Source: Geosiphon pyriformis uo1
Lineage: Eukaryota; Fungi; Glomeromycota
Direction of reading: 5' to 3'
DNA: 64,000 nucleotides
Assembly (NCBI GenBank): GCA_016748015.1
Contig: JAAOMT010000031.1
Span: 124,001 to 188,000 of the forward strand
Shown here in pieces: positions 11,301 through 24,100 of this stretch. Within the stretch, counting starts at the first letter, position 1, and each line of letters opens with the position of its first letter. A model generated the notes under the pieces. That model was not told where the DNA came from. It made no database searches and worked only from the letters and a program-made list of their open reading frames with translations. The translations under genes were made by a program, and so were the position numbers.

Positions 11301-13987
11301 CAAGTATGATTCTCATATTCTTCTTCAGGTGAAATGCAGGCTCTCATTGATGATAGTTTCTTGTGGCAGTCCTTATATTTAAGGGGAATATAGGGGCATT
11401 GTTTTCTTGGTTCAGGTTTTGAGTAAGGTATATTCCATCCAGAGGTTTCGGGTTTAGTGTGTGGGATAAAATGTTCTTGTTCTGTTTCATCGGCCCAGTT
11501 GGACGTTGATCCAAGAGCCATGAATGTTTCGATTATTGGTTTTTTTTTTTCTGGTTCAAATTCAAAAGCTGGGGCTTTTTCAGAGTGTTTGTTGAATGTA
11601 CCACAAATGGCAGGTACTCGGGTGTGTTGTCCTTGGTAGGAGATTGTTAACTCTTGTGTTTCCCAATTCAGATTAGCATTGGCTTTTTGAAGCCAATTAT
11701 TTCTGATGAGAGCTTAGTACTGGGGTGCATCCATTATAAGAACTTTGACTGGAATGGTGATTCTATCAAGAGTGAACAGAAAATTGTCAATTTCTCCTAC
11801 TGGGGTCTTTTTTATGTCATCAGCAGTGATGATTACTGTTTGAGCTGGTCGGTCGACATTTCTTTTCAATTGTTGCATTAACTGGTAGGTGATAATGCTT
11901 TCAGCGGATCCACTGTTTAGGATTAAGCAAATTGGCTTTCCTTTTACTTCAGCTTCTGTGTACATTGCAGTGATGGCTTTTTGCTTATTAGCCACTGCAT
12001 TGCTAAGCAAGAATGGTGATTTATTTGCTTCAAATTCGAAAGAAAAGATATCAAAGAGATTGGCATTTTCAGCAATTCAGGCTGGTGGAATAGTGGTGTG
12101 GTTATGAGAAGGGTTTTGTTGTTGTTGTGCTGTAGCTCTACTTTCCGAGAGTGCAGTATGGTGAAAATTCTGTTCTTCCAGCATTGTTAAATAACTGGGT
12201 TGAGTGTGGTAGTGGTTGAGTCTTGGTTGAGTGGTATTTCGGGAAACCAATTGGTTGTTTGAACTGATTCTACTGTTGTTTACTTGGTATCGGTTTTGTG
12301 GTGTGGATTGATTTTATGTAATCAGTCTTCGAGCAGGTACTTGATAATGTTGTGTGGGTGATTGTTGGTATTGCTGTTGGATTGATTGTGGGGCAGGCTG
12401 ATAATAGTTATTTTGATATTGGGGTCTTGGTGAATAGTAAGCTGGTGGTGATAGTTGATAATAAGATTGCTGTGATAGAGAGTAATGTTGATTACCCTTA
12501 TTTTGTTGATCTCATTGTAGCTTTCTGCAATCTCTTTTCCAGTGGCCAGAGATTCCACAGTAATGGCAATTCTGGGGCTGGTTATTGGAAAGTGGTGCAA
12601 AGTTATTTTGATTTCATCTTTGGAGTGGTTGATATCTTTGTTGTTGTTGGTTGGTAAAATAGTTTTTGACCTTCTTTGTGAGTTGGTCAATTTTTTCCTC
12701 AGCTGCTGAGCTGGTTTCTCCAATTGCCAAATTTATAAGTTTTGTACAATTGGCTTTTTCTATGGCCATTTTGTATCTTTTTGCATACTGTATGGCAGAG
12801 TTTAAATCTTCTGGCGCATGTGGGCAAACCTTTTTAATTAGTTTATCTTTTAGACCAGCAATAAATTAATCCAAGATTTGAGCATCAGAATAATAATCGT
12901 TTGTCTCAAGTTGGCAAATCCGTCTGAGAAGTTTGTTGAATTTCCCAATATAAGTCATAATGGATTCAGAGGGTTCTTGTTTGATATTTCGAAAACGATT
13001 GCAAAGAGTGATGGAGGTATTATTGTCGGTGAACTGTTCAAGGAAGGCTGCTTTGAAAGTGTTCCAATCATTGAATGGGGTGGCCAGGTTTTCAAACCAT
13101 TCTCCTGCTGTTCCTTTGAGAAAGTATGGAATTGTTCTTAACATTCTAGTGGCGTTCCATCCATTTGCATCTCCGGCTTTAGTAACTTAGTTGAGCTATT
13201 CTTGAGGACTGGTCTCAATGTCTTCTCCATTAAAGTCAGGGATTTTTGCGATATATGTTGTCATTTCGTCTTCTTCGTTTTCACTGTCTATTGATTCTTC
13301 TTCAGTTATTTCAGAGTTGTTTTCTTTGTTTGCTGCTGTCTCAGAGTGTTCACTTTGATTTTTAGCTAGAAAATCAAGGAGATTGGAACTAGTTTGAAAG
13401 AGTTCTTGTTGTCTGGTGGGACTTCTGAGTGATGTAAAATCTTCTGGTCTTGCAAATCAATTCAAGAGTGAATTAGGTGTTTGTGTTTGTGCAAGTGAAG
13501 CTGGAAAAGGTGTGATAGTAAGTGGAAGTTTTGAGCTGGTTCCTTGTTTAGGTGTTTGTAGATGTTTGAATGATATTTTGGGAGTATTGAGTGTTGTGTA
13601 AACAGATCAGTTATCTTTTTGTCTTTTGTTGCTACTGGTTTCAGGTTCAGATTTGAGTTCAAAGGCAAATTGTGCGTTTGCAAAATATTTTTCTTCACAG
13701 AATCGAATGATATTATAATCGAGTTCCTCAAAATAAGTAGCGCAAGCTTCAGCCCTAATGTTTTCTGATTCAGTATTGGAATAGTGTAGTATGTTCTTAA
13801 GAAGATCTCTTTTAACTGTTGTAATGTTATAGTTCCCAAAGAGGTAGTCGTTGATTCGATTTTCGATGTATTAAAAAAGTGTTTTCTTGAAAGCTATGAT
13901 TCTGTCACGTATTTCAAATCGTTGTTTGCAGTGTGTGTAAATCAATTGATAGTACTCTAAGGTTGTGATGTCTAAAGTGGTCGCCAC
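8384..13987 (-). pseudogene. Element C single-frame gag-PR-Cys-rich-dUTPase-RT-RNase H polyprotein with premature stops
   Basis: ORF fragments starting at 13144, 12010, 11521, 11221, 10810, 10393, 10039 and 9421 share one frame. Capsid IPYFLKGTAGEWF; zinc knuckle CHYCGISGHWKRDC (~12525-12568); protease LILNSGS (ex-DSGS); dUTPase motifs; RT VYLDD; RNase H ends NIDCLSRMRQD* at 8384. Confidence 0.93.
10213..10640 (-). other. dUTPase domain of element C
   Basis: Motifs DARYDL (ex-AGYDL), S*SSLASKG (RSS), GGIIDAGYTGDI, KIAQAI and RETQGFGLTG (RG-GFGSTG). Confidence 0.9.
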
Positions 13988-14010
13988 TTTGAATTTGTTG
14001 CTGTGTTATT

Positions 14011-14027
14011 TCCATGGGAGAGCACTA
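14011..14027 (-). promoter_or_regulatory. Primer-binding site of element C
   Basis: TAGTGCTCTCCCATGGA (ex-TGGTGC...), 2 nt after the 5' LTR end. Confidence 0.75.
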
Positions 14028-14029
14028 AA

Positions 14030-15013
14030 TGTTACCGGAGGTTTTTGGTCTCTTTTCTGTAATGTTGTTGATACTTATTTGCTGTAAATTCACATTTTCT
14101 GGATGTGGTTGAACCTCCAGTAACTGAATTTTTAACTTCAAATTATCTTCTATAATTTGAACTTGCTGGGCTTATGAGTGGAATGGCCAATTCCGTGCCA
14201 GTTGCTTTATGTAGTTACATTGTAGTAAACGTCAACTCTTTCTCAGGAATTGCTCGTCTGGAAGCTCACTAAAAATGTGTAGTTACTTTTGCTGTGAAAG
14301 TCAACTCTTCTACAGGAATCTCATCTGTAGGCTACCCTAATGATTGTAATAAGAAAAGAAAAGAAAATAAAAAAAATGTAAAAGAAATAAGATTTTTATC
14401 AAGAGAAACGTTTTCTATTCAGGCCTGGAGTCACTAACAGTTTACTGAAATTGGTAGCTAATCAATTTCAAAATGTTAGTTGGGTTTTGAGGATTTTTCT
14501 AAGTACAATAATTTAAAGAATTTGGTTTTTCGAATTATTTAATATTTATTTTTTTTTGTGTGTATAACGGTTTTGAGAGATAAATCTAAAGTAAGATACA
14601 TTTTCTCGAAGAGAGAAGCTCTTCTTTTATACAACTTGTCATAATACTATTCTATGAACTTGAACTTTGCTATTTTCTACAATTTCACTGAACTAAAGAT
14701 ACATTTCAGCAAACTACAAGTTATTTCTGCGAACTATTGGATATTTCAGTGAACTATTAATTATTTCGGCAAATTTCTATAAATTTCGGTGAACTTTTTG
14801 AATGTTACGTAGTTCAGGGTATTGCATGATTGATCATCACAATTAGATTATATTTGTGTTGTGTACAATTTGGGTTATTAATTAAATGATAATTTTGGAC
14901 ATTCTTTGCTAATGTAATAAGTGATAATTTGAAATGATAATATATGCTAATTAATGATAGGAATTATAAGATAGTTTCATGCTAAATGATATCTCTAATT
15001 TTGTCTGGTAACA
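14030..15013 (-). repeat. Element C 5' LTR (984 bp)
   Basis: Direct repeat of 5350-6336, followed by the PBS. Confidence 0.95.
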
Positions 15014-18000
15014 CTGTCTCAAAAATCTGAACCTGATTTTTTATTTTTTTTTCTATAATTACTATGTACTAGTCATATGATGGAATGAAAATTGATTGAC
15101 AGGTAGAGATAATTTCTCCTTTGTTAATAATTTTTTCCTCTGCCATATTAACTAATACATCTATTCTACTCATAAATTCAAAATCCTGTATTTTTTTAGC
15201 TGTAATCACTAATTTTTTTTTGTTTCCTATTGATACTAATTGAGCTATTTTGACCAGAAGCAGGAATATTGCTTGTGCTATCTTTTTATTTGGCTCTTTA
15301 ATATAGGTTTTTTCTGAGTCATTTTGTAGCATTGCAATAATATTTCTCACATATCTTGTATCAATTATTTCTTCTCTGATGTTAATTCCCTTTTTTGCTA
15401 AGCTACTCCTAAATGCTAGTTGAACCATTATTGTTGCTGAGATTTTTAGTGCTACTTTGAGATCAGGTGTGCAAATATGGTTCTAATTTAATGGCATCTT
15501 TTCCTAGATATTTTAGATCAAATCCAACATTGGTATCATGCACATGTTCTGGCATAATATCTTCATTATTATCACTGAACTATTTCAGTTTTTGTTTCTT
15601 GATAAGATTAGGGAGTGCAATGTATTGTTCAGAGTTTAAATCTAAGTCTGAATCTTCATTGTTGTTGTTGCCAATTTGCATAGAACTGGAACTATTATTT
15701 TTATCATTATTGTTGTTAGAGTTTGAATTGGAATTAAAAGTTGATTCTGATTCTAATGTATAGCTGCTGATTAGTTCGTTTTCCTCTGAAATTATGTAGA
15801 TCATACATGGTAGTAGATTGTAAATGAAATCACACTCATTACAATATTGAAAGTCACATGAGATCAAACAGTGGTCACATAGTCAGGTGTTTATTTCTTC
15901 TAAACATTGTTCCTGCTCTTCTCTAATGGATGCCAATCATTGGTAGTGTTTATAAAATTCTTTGGAATCATCTTCAATGTTGCCAAATATGTTGAATGTT
16001 TGGATGTATTTGGGTTTAGGAAGTGATAAGAGATTGTTTTTTATTTCCAGTAGTTCACTGATTATTGCATCTTTTGCTTTTACACTCACCATTTTCTAGA
16101 TCTTATGTTTGTTGTAAAAATATCCTTTCAGTTGTTGCAGCACTCTTTTTCATGCATTGTCAATTGGGGTTCTTTTGCACACTCAGTTGTTTATTAGGAT
16201 AATATATTGGCACATTTTATTGCATGTTTCTCCACACTCAGAAATGTCATTTCATATTTCTTTGTCAAATAAGATTGTCCTACAGACTAGACAAAATTTA
16301 TTGTTCTATTTTCCTTGTCTTTTTGGTCTTCCAAACCTTTCTAGAATGCATGGACAGCAGTAGAACTTGGTTGCAGTAGGATATTCTTTATCATCGCCAC
16401 AGCACATGCCCATTGACAACAATTTCTTGCCACAATTAATGCATACCAGTTTCGGCCAGTGATAATTAGATGGTTGTGTTGAAGTATAGGTGTATGAGAT
16501 ATAAGTGGCAGTAATAGTTAGTATTGACTTTTTTTTTCTTTTTTTCTTTTCCTTTGTTATTCTCTTCCTACTTCCAAGTTGGTATCAATTTGGTGCTGTT
16601 ATTATCAGTTCATTATGTTTGGTTGGTATTTTTGGTAAGTTTTTCTTTTTGTTTTCCCTTTTCATTGTTGTTTCAAAATAGTACTGGTGGCAGTTTGTTG
16701 TGATCAGTGTTGGCCCACAAGATTTGATAGACTTCTTAGGTAGGTTTTTTTTTTTTTAAGTTCTATTAGTGGTGTGGTTGTTATGTTCATTTGAAAGTGG
16801 CCATACATGGCTGGTACATGTGTGTGCTAACTATTTATACTAAGTTGGAGCTTTTGTGTGGTCCAATTAAACACAGCATTGGTTTTGGACAACCAATTGT
16901 TGCCAACTAGTGCTTGGTATTGTATCATTTCTATTACCAAAACTTTAATAAGAGTGATAATACTGTTAATTTTTATGGGTAAGTTATCTATTTTACCAAT
17001 TGGAGTCTTGGTAACTTCATTAGTTGTAATTATCTTTACACTAACAGCTTAATTAACTCAATGACCTAATTGGTCCATAAGTTGTCTTGTGATAATGCTG
17101 CCAGTTAATCTATTATCTAGGATCAGTTTGATAAAGTGGCCATCAATGTTAGCATCAGTGTACATAGTGGTGATGGGTTTTTTTTTGAGCACAGCTCTAC
17201 TGAACAATGGCATGAATGATGATTTCTTAAGTTTGAATAGGAAGATTGCTGTTAGTAATTTGTTGTTGGTAATGATGACTGGAGATATGTTGCTAGTAAG
17301 TGATGGTATTTGATTGGGCTTTTGGTTGTTGGATGAGATGTCTTCTGAAGTTACTAGAAGACTTAAATAGTTCTGAGAACTCGGATTTTGGATGTACCTG
17401 GTTCCTGAACTCCATTGGCATGATCTTGATGGCTGGTTGGATGAACTGGGAATTGGTTAGTAGACAATTATCACTGATTTCCAGTTTTGAGTGACTCTTG
17501 ATCTGGGATTTTCTGATGTCATTTGAGCTGAGTTTGATGGCAGTGTGGAAATTTGTTGAAGTTGATATATAATTTAAGACTGTGATTAATAAATAATTGA
17601 TGCTGTTGGTTGATAAATTAGAGTTTGATATACAGGTGGTTAATAAATTGGCTGTTGTGTTATTTGAGTGTAATGAGGTAAGTATTGATTTTGATTTGGG
17701 TATTGATTCAGCATTTGAAACCTGTGATCGGAGTTTTTATATTGATTTCCCAATCATAAGTTATTATTATAAGAACAGCAGTCAATTCTCAAATGGTCTT
17801 GTTTACCATAATTGTGGCAGATACATATCTCTTACTGTCATGGCTAATTGAATAATAATGATAGATGTGACTAATTCTGAGAGCAATTCACATTTCCTAA
17901 ATTATTGTGTTGTTGGAGTGGCTGATAAATTGCATAATTGTCAGCTAAGTATCCTTCTAATTTCTGATTAATTAAATCACTGAGTTGCTTCAATTTGGAA

Positions 18001-19517
18001 TCCAAGTCAGATGATCCATTCATAACTAGATTAATGGCTTGGGCATGGTTTGCTTTGAGTTTAGTGAATTCAAAATCTTTTGTATTGGTAACTGCATCTT
18101 GGAGAGTTTGTGGATGCATTGGGCATATGCACTGAAGGATGCTACTGCATAATCCACAGATGAACTGGTTCAAAATCTGTGGTGCTGTAAAGTAATTCAT
18201 GTCAATCACTTGTATTTAGTATAAGTTTCTATGGAAGCATCCTAAATAAGTAGTGACTGCTTCAGTTTCTCTTTGCTTTATGGTGGTGAATGTATTTGCT
18301 AAGTGGTTAATACTATTATTATTACTGAATATCTTATGAATTCCAGTTTGAATTCTTGGAAAGTTTGGGGTTTGGTGGCTAAACTCTAGTACCATAAATT
18401 AGTGGTATTTTGAAGAAAATAAAGAATTGCTTGAAGAGCTTTGTCATCATTCCATCCATTGACTGTGATGGCTTTTTCCATGTTATTAAACCATACTTGG
18501 GCATCCTCTTTACTGATGAATTTCTTAATTTTGGTGATGGGTGCATATGCCATTAGTACTAATGTTAATTGTTGTTGTGGTTGTGATTGTTGTTGTAATT
18601 GCTGCTGAGGTGGTGCTTGTGGCTGTTGCTGTTGCTGTTTGTCAATTAATAGGGCTGGTGGTGGATTAATCACAATTACTAGAGATAAGTTTTTCTGAGT
18701 AATAATGTCAGAGTTTAGATCATTCTAATTTTCCAGAGTTTGATTAACCAGAGTTTCAATTTCTGAATTTTCTAGAATTGGGTTTTGCTTACTATTTTTT
18801 TGATCACTACTTTCCTTTTTCTTGAAGTTGGTTATTTTTCAAGGACTAATGGCTCCAAAATCTGGTTGTAATGGTAGTAATTAAATTTTTGATGGCATTG
18901 GAAATCACAATTTAAATCTCTCGAAATAATCACCATATGTTCCTAATAACTCTGCTTTCTTTTGTTTACTTTGAAATGGAATTTGGTTTAATAGTGTTGT
19001 TGTGCTTGCTGTGGCTGCACTTATTATATTGATAGTACTTTTGGGTGTGTGGTAATATAATGGATTAGCAGGTAAATCAAATCTTTGTTTCTTCCAAGTG
19101 AGTAATTGAATTTGTTTTGATGTTCTTGCTGGTATTTGTAACCTTTCTTTTCTCTTATCAGCAAAAGTGATAGGAAATCTTTGCTTGGTGTATTTTTCAA
19201 TTTCTCTGTTTATTTCTGTGATTAGGAGTGCAAATAAATAGTTTTGTGGAAGGGTGGTGCTTTGGAGTAGTTTACTAAAGAAATTGTTAAAGGTGAATTC
19301 TGGATCTTCTTGGCCTCTCAAATAATATACTATTCTCTTATTGACATAGTAATTGAAAGCTGATTTGGTTGACCAACTATTATTTGTTAATCCGAGATAG
19401 ATGTAATAGTACTGGAATAAGAATTTTGTGAATTCCAAATGATTTGTCTCTGTTTTTTCAAATTCTGCTACTGTTTTGGATGAGTATTTATTAATGCCAG
19501 TTTTCTGTAGAATTATA
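15014..19517 (-). pseudogene. Element B gag-protease-Cys-rich-dUTPase region (disrupted)
   Basis: MAYAPITKIKKF...QVWFNNMEKAITVNGWNDDKALQAILYFLQ (capsid); PMHPQTLQDAVT; degenerate protease IKLILD; CxxC clusters; dUTPase ORF 15069-15428. Confidence 0.9.
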
Positions 19518-19534
19518 CCTTACAGAAAGCACCA
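19518..19534 (-). promoter_or_regulatory. Primer-binding site of element B
   Basis: TGGTGCTTTCTGTAAGG, 2 nt after the LTR end; complementary to a tRNA 3' end ...GCACCA (tRNA identity not determined). Confidence 0.85.
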
Positions 19535-19536
19535 AA

Positions 19537-20331
19537 TATTACAAGTGATTATTTAGGGTCTCAAAGCAAATAATAAACCTGTAACTTGGTGCTCAATTGT
19601 TATAATGGTATTGATATCTGATGGTTTTCGTGATCTGAAGGTTTTGGTTAAGTCTTCTATATAATAGACAGAGATTTAATTGATAGCTTTTATCTGTAGC
19701 TTCTTAAAACTGCAGTTTTGTCAATTTCTTTCTCAGCATAATGGCCAATAATTCTTCTGGTAAGACATCTTTAATTTTGAGTGTCTACCTTTATTTCTGG
19801 GTTTTTTACCAGTACTATATCCTGATGTCAGTACTTCTGTGTGTAAATTTTTTTAATCAAGTTAACAAACAACAAAAAAAATAAAGCAAGAAAAGAAATA
19901 AAAAAAATAAGAAAATAAGCCCAGGCAATTTGCATATTAGTATCCTGTCAATAGTCATAATCAAAAGCTATTGTTCCAGTATAATTAAGTATTAACTACT
20001 ACTAACATAAAGTATTGATAGTAAAGAGTGAATTTGAAATAGTGAATAATTATTTATTGATATTTGTGATGTGAAAAATTGCTTAGATCAAATCTAAACT
20101 AAGAAGTCTGTTCTTTTTTTCTTCTAATGCTACTGTTATATATACCTAGTTTATGTTCTACAAAATCATTCACATTCTCAAGCAATATGTTATGATTTCT
20201 TAAGCAATGTGCTCTAATTTTCTAATATTGCTCTACATTGCTCCATATTGCTAAGCAATATGCTCACATGCTAACTACTCCTTCTTTATTGGTCTACTAT
20301 TTTCTATATCTGTTTTCTTTTATGAATAATA
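19537..20331 (-). repeat. Element B 5' LTR (~795 bp)
   Basis: Homologous to 959-1573 and to the reverse complement of 133-958; termini decayed to TATTAT..GTAATA. Confidence 0.9.
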
Positions 20332-20522
20332 CCAGCCACTATGCTGAGAAAAAAATTCAATGGAATTGCAATTCTGGAAAACTACTGAAACAACAATTAA
20401 ATCTCTGTCTATTATACAAAAAACTCAACCAAAATCTTCAGATATTACTATTGTAGAAGCTATTAAACACCAAATTACAGGTTTGTTATTTGATTTGAGA
20501 CCCCAAATAATCATCTGTAATA
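20332..20522 (+). repeat. LTR D, 3' portion of an A/B-family LTR, cut by insertion of B
   Basis: Aligns with 734-958; ends CTGTAATA (ex-CTGTAACA). Confidence 0.85.
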
Positions 20523-21120
20523 ATGTCAAATACTTAGCACTTAATCTTTTTTAATCAATTAATAAACAATAAAGAAATTGAAACAAAAAAAAATAAAAAA
20601 TTAGTATTCTGTTAATAGTCATAATTAAAAGTTATTGTTCTAGTTTAATTAAGTATTAAATTTTATCAACATAAAATATTAATAATGGCAAAAGTGATTA
20701 ATATTCTTAATTAAATAATAATAATATAAATTTAATAATAACAAATAATTTTATTAATATTAGAATAATTTTATTTCAAGTTGTAAAAAACTATCTTTTA
20801 AAAAAAATATTGTTCTAAATTAATATAAACTTTATTTGAATTCTCTGAAAATTACTTTTTTTGTTTTTAATATTTTCACTATATATATATAATTTATATT
20901 ATACAGGATCTTGTATTTTCTTGAGCAATATGCTTTATTTTCTCTAATAATATGCTTATTGTTAAGCAATATGTCATAATTCATTAACAATATGCTTATT
21001 GCTGAGCAATATGTCATGATTTTCTAATATTGTGTTCATTTGCTAAGTCCTATTCTCCTATTAATCTATTTTTTTATCTGTTTTTCTTACTTTCTTTCTT
21101 GTATTTTTCTATGAGTAACA
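20523..21120 (-). repeat. LTR E, 5' portion of a decayed A/B-family LTR, cut by insertion of D
   Basis: Ends ATGAGTAACA at 21120 like 1564-1573; contains the TTGCTGAGCAA array; aligns with ~19825-20331. Confidence 0.8.
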
Positions 21121-24100
21121 ACATATTCCAAAAAATTTAGTTACTGCTATTTAATATATTAAAAGCTATAAAACAACAATAAAAAAAGCCAATTATATCA
21201 AATTTGTTAACTTAATAATTAGAAAAACCAGCTTAATTATTAAAAAAAAATTGATTAATTTACAAAAAAAATTGAAACATATTTTGCTAATCAACTATAA
21301 AAATGCCAATTACTATAGCAAAAAAACCAAAAAACTTTTCATTATCCAATAATCAAATTCAATAATTAAACTGTTATTATTATAGAATTTTAAAACATTG
21401 GAAATATAATTACAAAAAAATACAATAAAATTAATAACAACAAAATAATTAATATTATTTTTTTTAATAACAATAATTATATTACTTATTATTACTTATT
21501 TATTATTTATTAAGATCCCAAACTAACTATTATTAATCTGTTTTATTATAACAATTATATTATTAACTTCTAGTTCAGAATTATTAATTATTAGTCAAAC
21601 AATTAGTTCAACTCAATCAATTTACATTACAAAACTGTTTTTAATTTAATAATAGATTTGGTCTCAGTAATTAATTAATACTTTGTAACAACAATTAACA
21701 ACTATTCAAACATTTTTTTACTTAACCAAGCTATTTTACAATACCAAAAAACCAAAATTTTTATTATACTGTATTTTTAAAAAGTAGAATTATAACACAA
21801 CAGCAAAATTTTTTTTATAATAATCCTATAATATTATTAACAAAAATTACTAAAAATGCCAACATTTTAAACATATTTTTTTTTAAATTTAAAGCAAATA
21901 AATCACTATTTTTACTTAATAATAAAGCCACTTTAGAACAAAAAACAATTACTGCTATATATACAGAAGATAAAATTGAAGAAGAATTAATTTGATTAAT
22001 TTTAAATAGTAAATTTACTAAAAGTATTATTATTTATTAATTGATAAAATAATTAAAAAAAAATATAAACCAATTGGCTTAAACAGTAATTGTTATTACT
22101 AATTATATGAAAAAAACATCAGTAGAAAAAATTGATAAATTTTATTTACAATTAATAGAATTACTATTTTAATTAAAGTTTTTATTATAAATGTATCTTA
22201 ATATTAAGTTTTTATCAAAAATAATTAATTTTTTAAAACCAATACAAATTTAAATTAGAAAATCCAAGAATTAAAGATTTTTTATCAAAACCAATACATT
22301 AAAATATCTGTTACTTGTAATATTTTTAACAAATAATTTAAGAAAATTTTAGTTTTTAAATTTGAAAAAAAAAACCAATAATTAAAACCTACATAGTTCT
22401 TAACTCTTGATTTAATTAAATTAAAAAAAACTAAGCAGTTATTTAAAATATTTATATTACAACCAATATTCTTATGGTCTGAAAAAATTAATTAACAATT
22501 TACTTTTACAATTAAACCAGTTAACAATTAGTATGTCTTATATTTAAAACCAGAATCAAAAAAACAATTATCTTATATTTTACTCAAATACAAAGATTGT
22601 AACAAAAAGCTTTTATTTATAGAAGCTTGTATATTAATAATAAAAAATATAAAATGTATATTTATTATTATTGCAAAATCTGTTACTAAAAACAATTTAA
22701 AAGTCTAATACAAAGTAGAAAATAGGACAACTTATTCTGTTTTACATGTAAAAAATTACTGTTTAAAGAATATAACTGGATTAATATTGTAATAAAAAAA
22801 AGAGTATATGATTAAATCTATTAATATGCTCTTTTTATTATTAAAAAAATAAAATATAGAACATTATTTACAGTAATATATAATAATATACTTAACAAAC
22901 TCTATTATTATTTACATAATATTGAAATGATTTATAAATTAGCTATAGTTTTAATCAACAGATTATTTCAAAAAAACATTTACCAAATAAAAAAGACAAA
23001 ATATATTGAATATATTATAAAATTAGCTAGATTCAATAATGAAAATAAAATTTTATTTTATTATTTAACTTCTAGCTATGCTTATATTTTAAAGAAAACC
23101 CAAATTCAATAATTAAAACAAATAAATATTCAATTTTACAAAAAATACATTATGTTTTATGATGACATATAATGTTTTAAATATTATGCTTTTAATATAT
23201 TATTACTTATAGATAATTATAAGACAATTGAACTTAGAAAAATTAAAAAAAAAGTCTTAACAATTTCAATTTATCTTATTAAAAATCAATTTATTTTATC
23301 TTTTAAATATTTTAATAACAATAGACAAGGAATTAAGTTAAAAAAAGGTTATAAAATTGATGTTAAATATAATTTACAATATCTAGAAAAAGACATTTTA
23401 ATATTACAACCAAAATTAAGCTTAAAATTGCATTCAAAATCCCACCAAGAGCAATAATACAAATTGTTTTTTATTTATTACTGGCAAGCAAAAGAATTAA
23501 TATTAAAGGAAAAATTATTAATATAAGATATATTAAAGATTTTATAGTAATATTTCAAAATTAAACAAAATTTTTTTTATAATTAAACATGTCAAAAAAA
23601 TTGTTCAAGCTATTTATTTATTTTTAATCAATATTTTGAGTCTGCAATCAGTTAAAAATCAAAAAAACTTAGGAAAATAAAAGAAAAACTCAAGGTTTTG
23701 GTTTAATTAAATGATTTATAATTCCAGTAAATATAGTTTTTAATATATAAAACAAATTTTACCAGATTTTTAGATTATCAAAAACAATTACAATTCTATC
23801 TTTTGAAAAAATTAATGAAGTATATATCTGCTTACCATCTATTATTACTCAACGAATTTTTGAATTAAATAAACAAATCTATAAAAAATATGAAATTTTT
23901 ATCCCAAATATTTATTTGCTAAAAAAAATCAAAGAATTTAATATTATTTTTTATAATTCAAATAACTATTTCATTATATTAAATAATCATTTAAAAATTA
24001 GAATTATTTATAATAATATTTTTTAGCAAGAGTTATCTCAAATAATTTCAAATTTTATGAAATAATTAAACATTTTTTCTTGAAATTCAACTTAAATTTT

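Larger units (their letters stand above)
5350..15013 (-). mobile_element. Gypsy element C, full length, inserted in pol of B with a 4-bp TSD
   Basis: Paired LTRs 5350-6336 and 14030-15013 (about 95% identical, TGTTAC..GTAACA termini). Flanks CTGC (5346-5349) and CTGT (15014-15017). Removing C plus one TSD copy restores B's frame (QVQIFE-AETILCK). PPT GAGGAGGAGG at 6340-6349. Confidence 0.95.
959..20331 (-). mobile_element. Gypsy element B, interrupted by element C; its 3' LTR is truncated by element A
   Basis: 5' LTR 19537-20331, PBS 19518-19534, gag ORF fragments 17871-19438, protease ~16900-17200, dUTPase ~15160-15570, RT/RNase H 3692-5349, integrase 2279-3661, ORF3 1587-2150, PPT ~1574-1590, 3' LTR remnant 959-1573. 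Confidence 0.9.

Noticed and set aside
10331-17851. Plus-strand ORFs antisense to the B and C polyproteins
   Set aside because: Shadow ORFs opposite recognisable retroelement domains, with no motifs of their own.
20360-20554. ORF inside LTR D as a gag start within the LTR
   Set aside because: Homologous LTRs A and B carry frame-breaking indels in this stretch, so coding constraint is unsupported.
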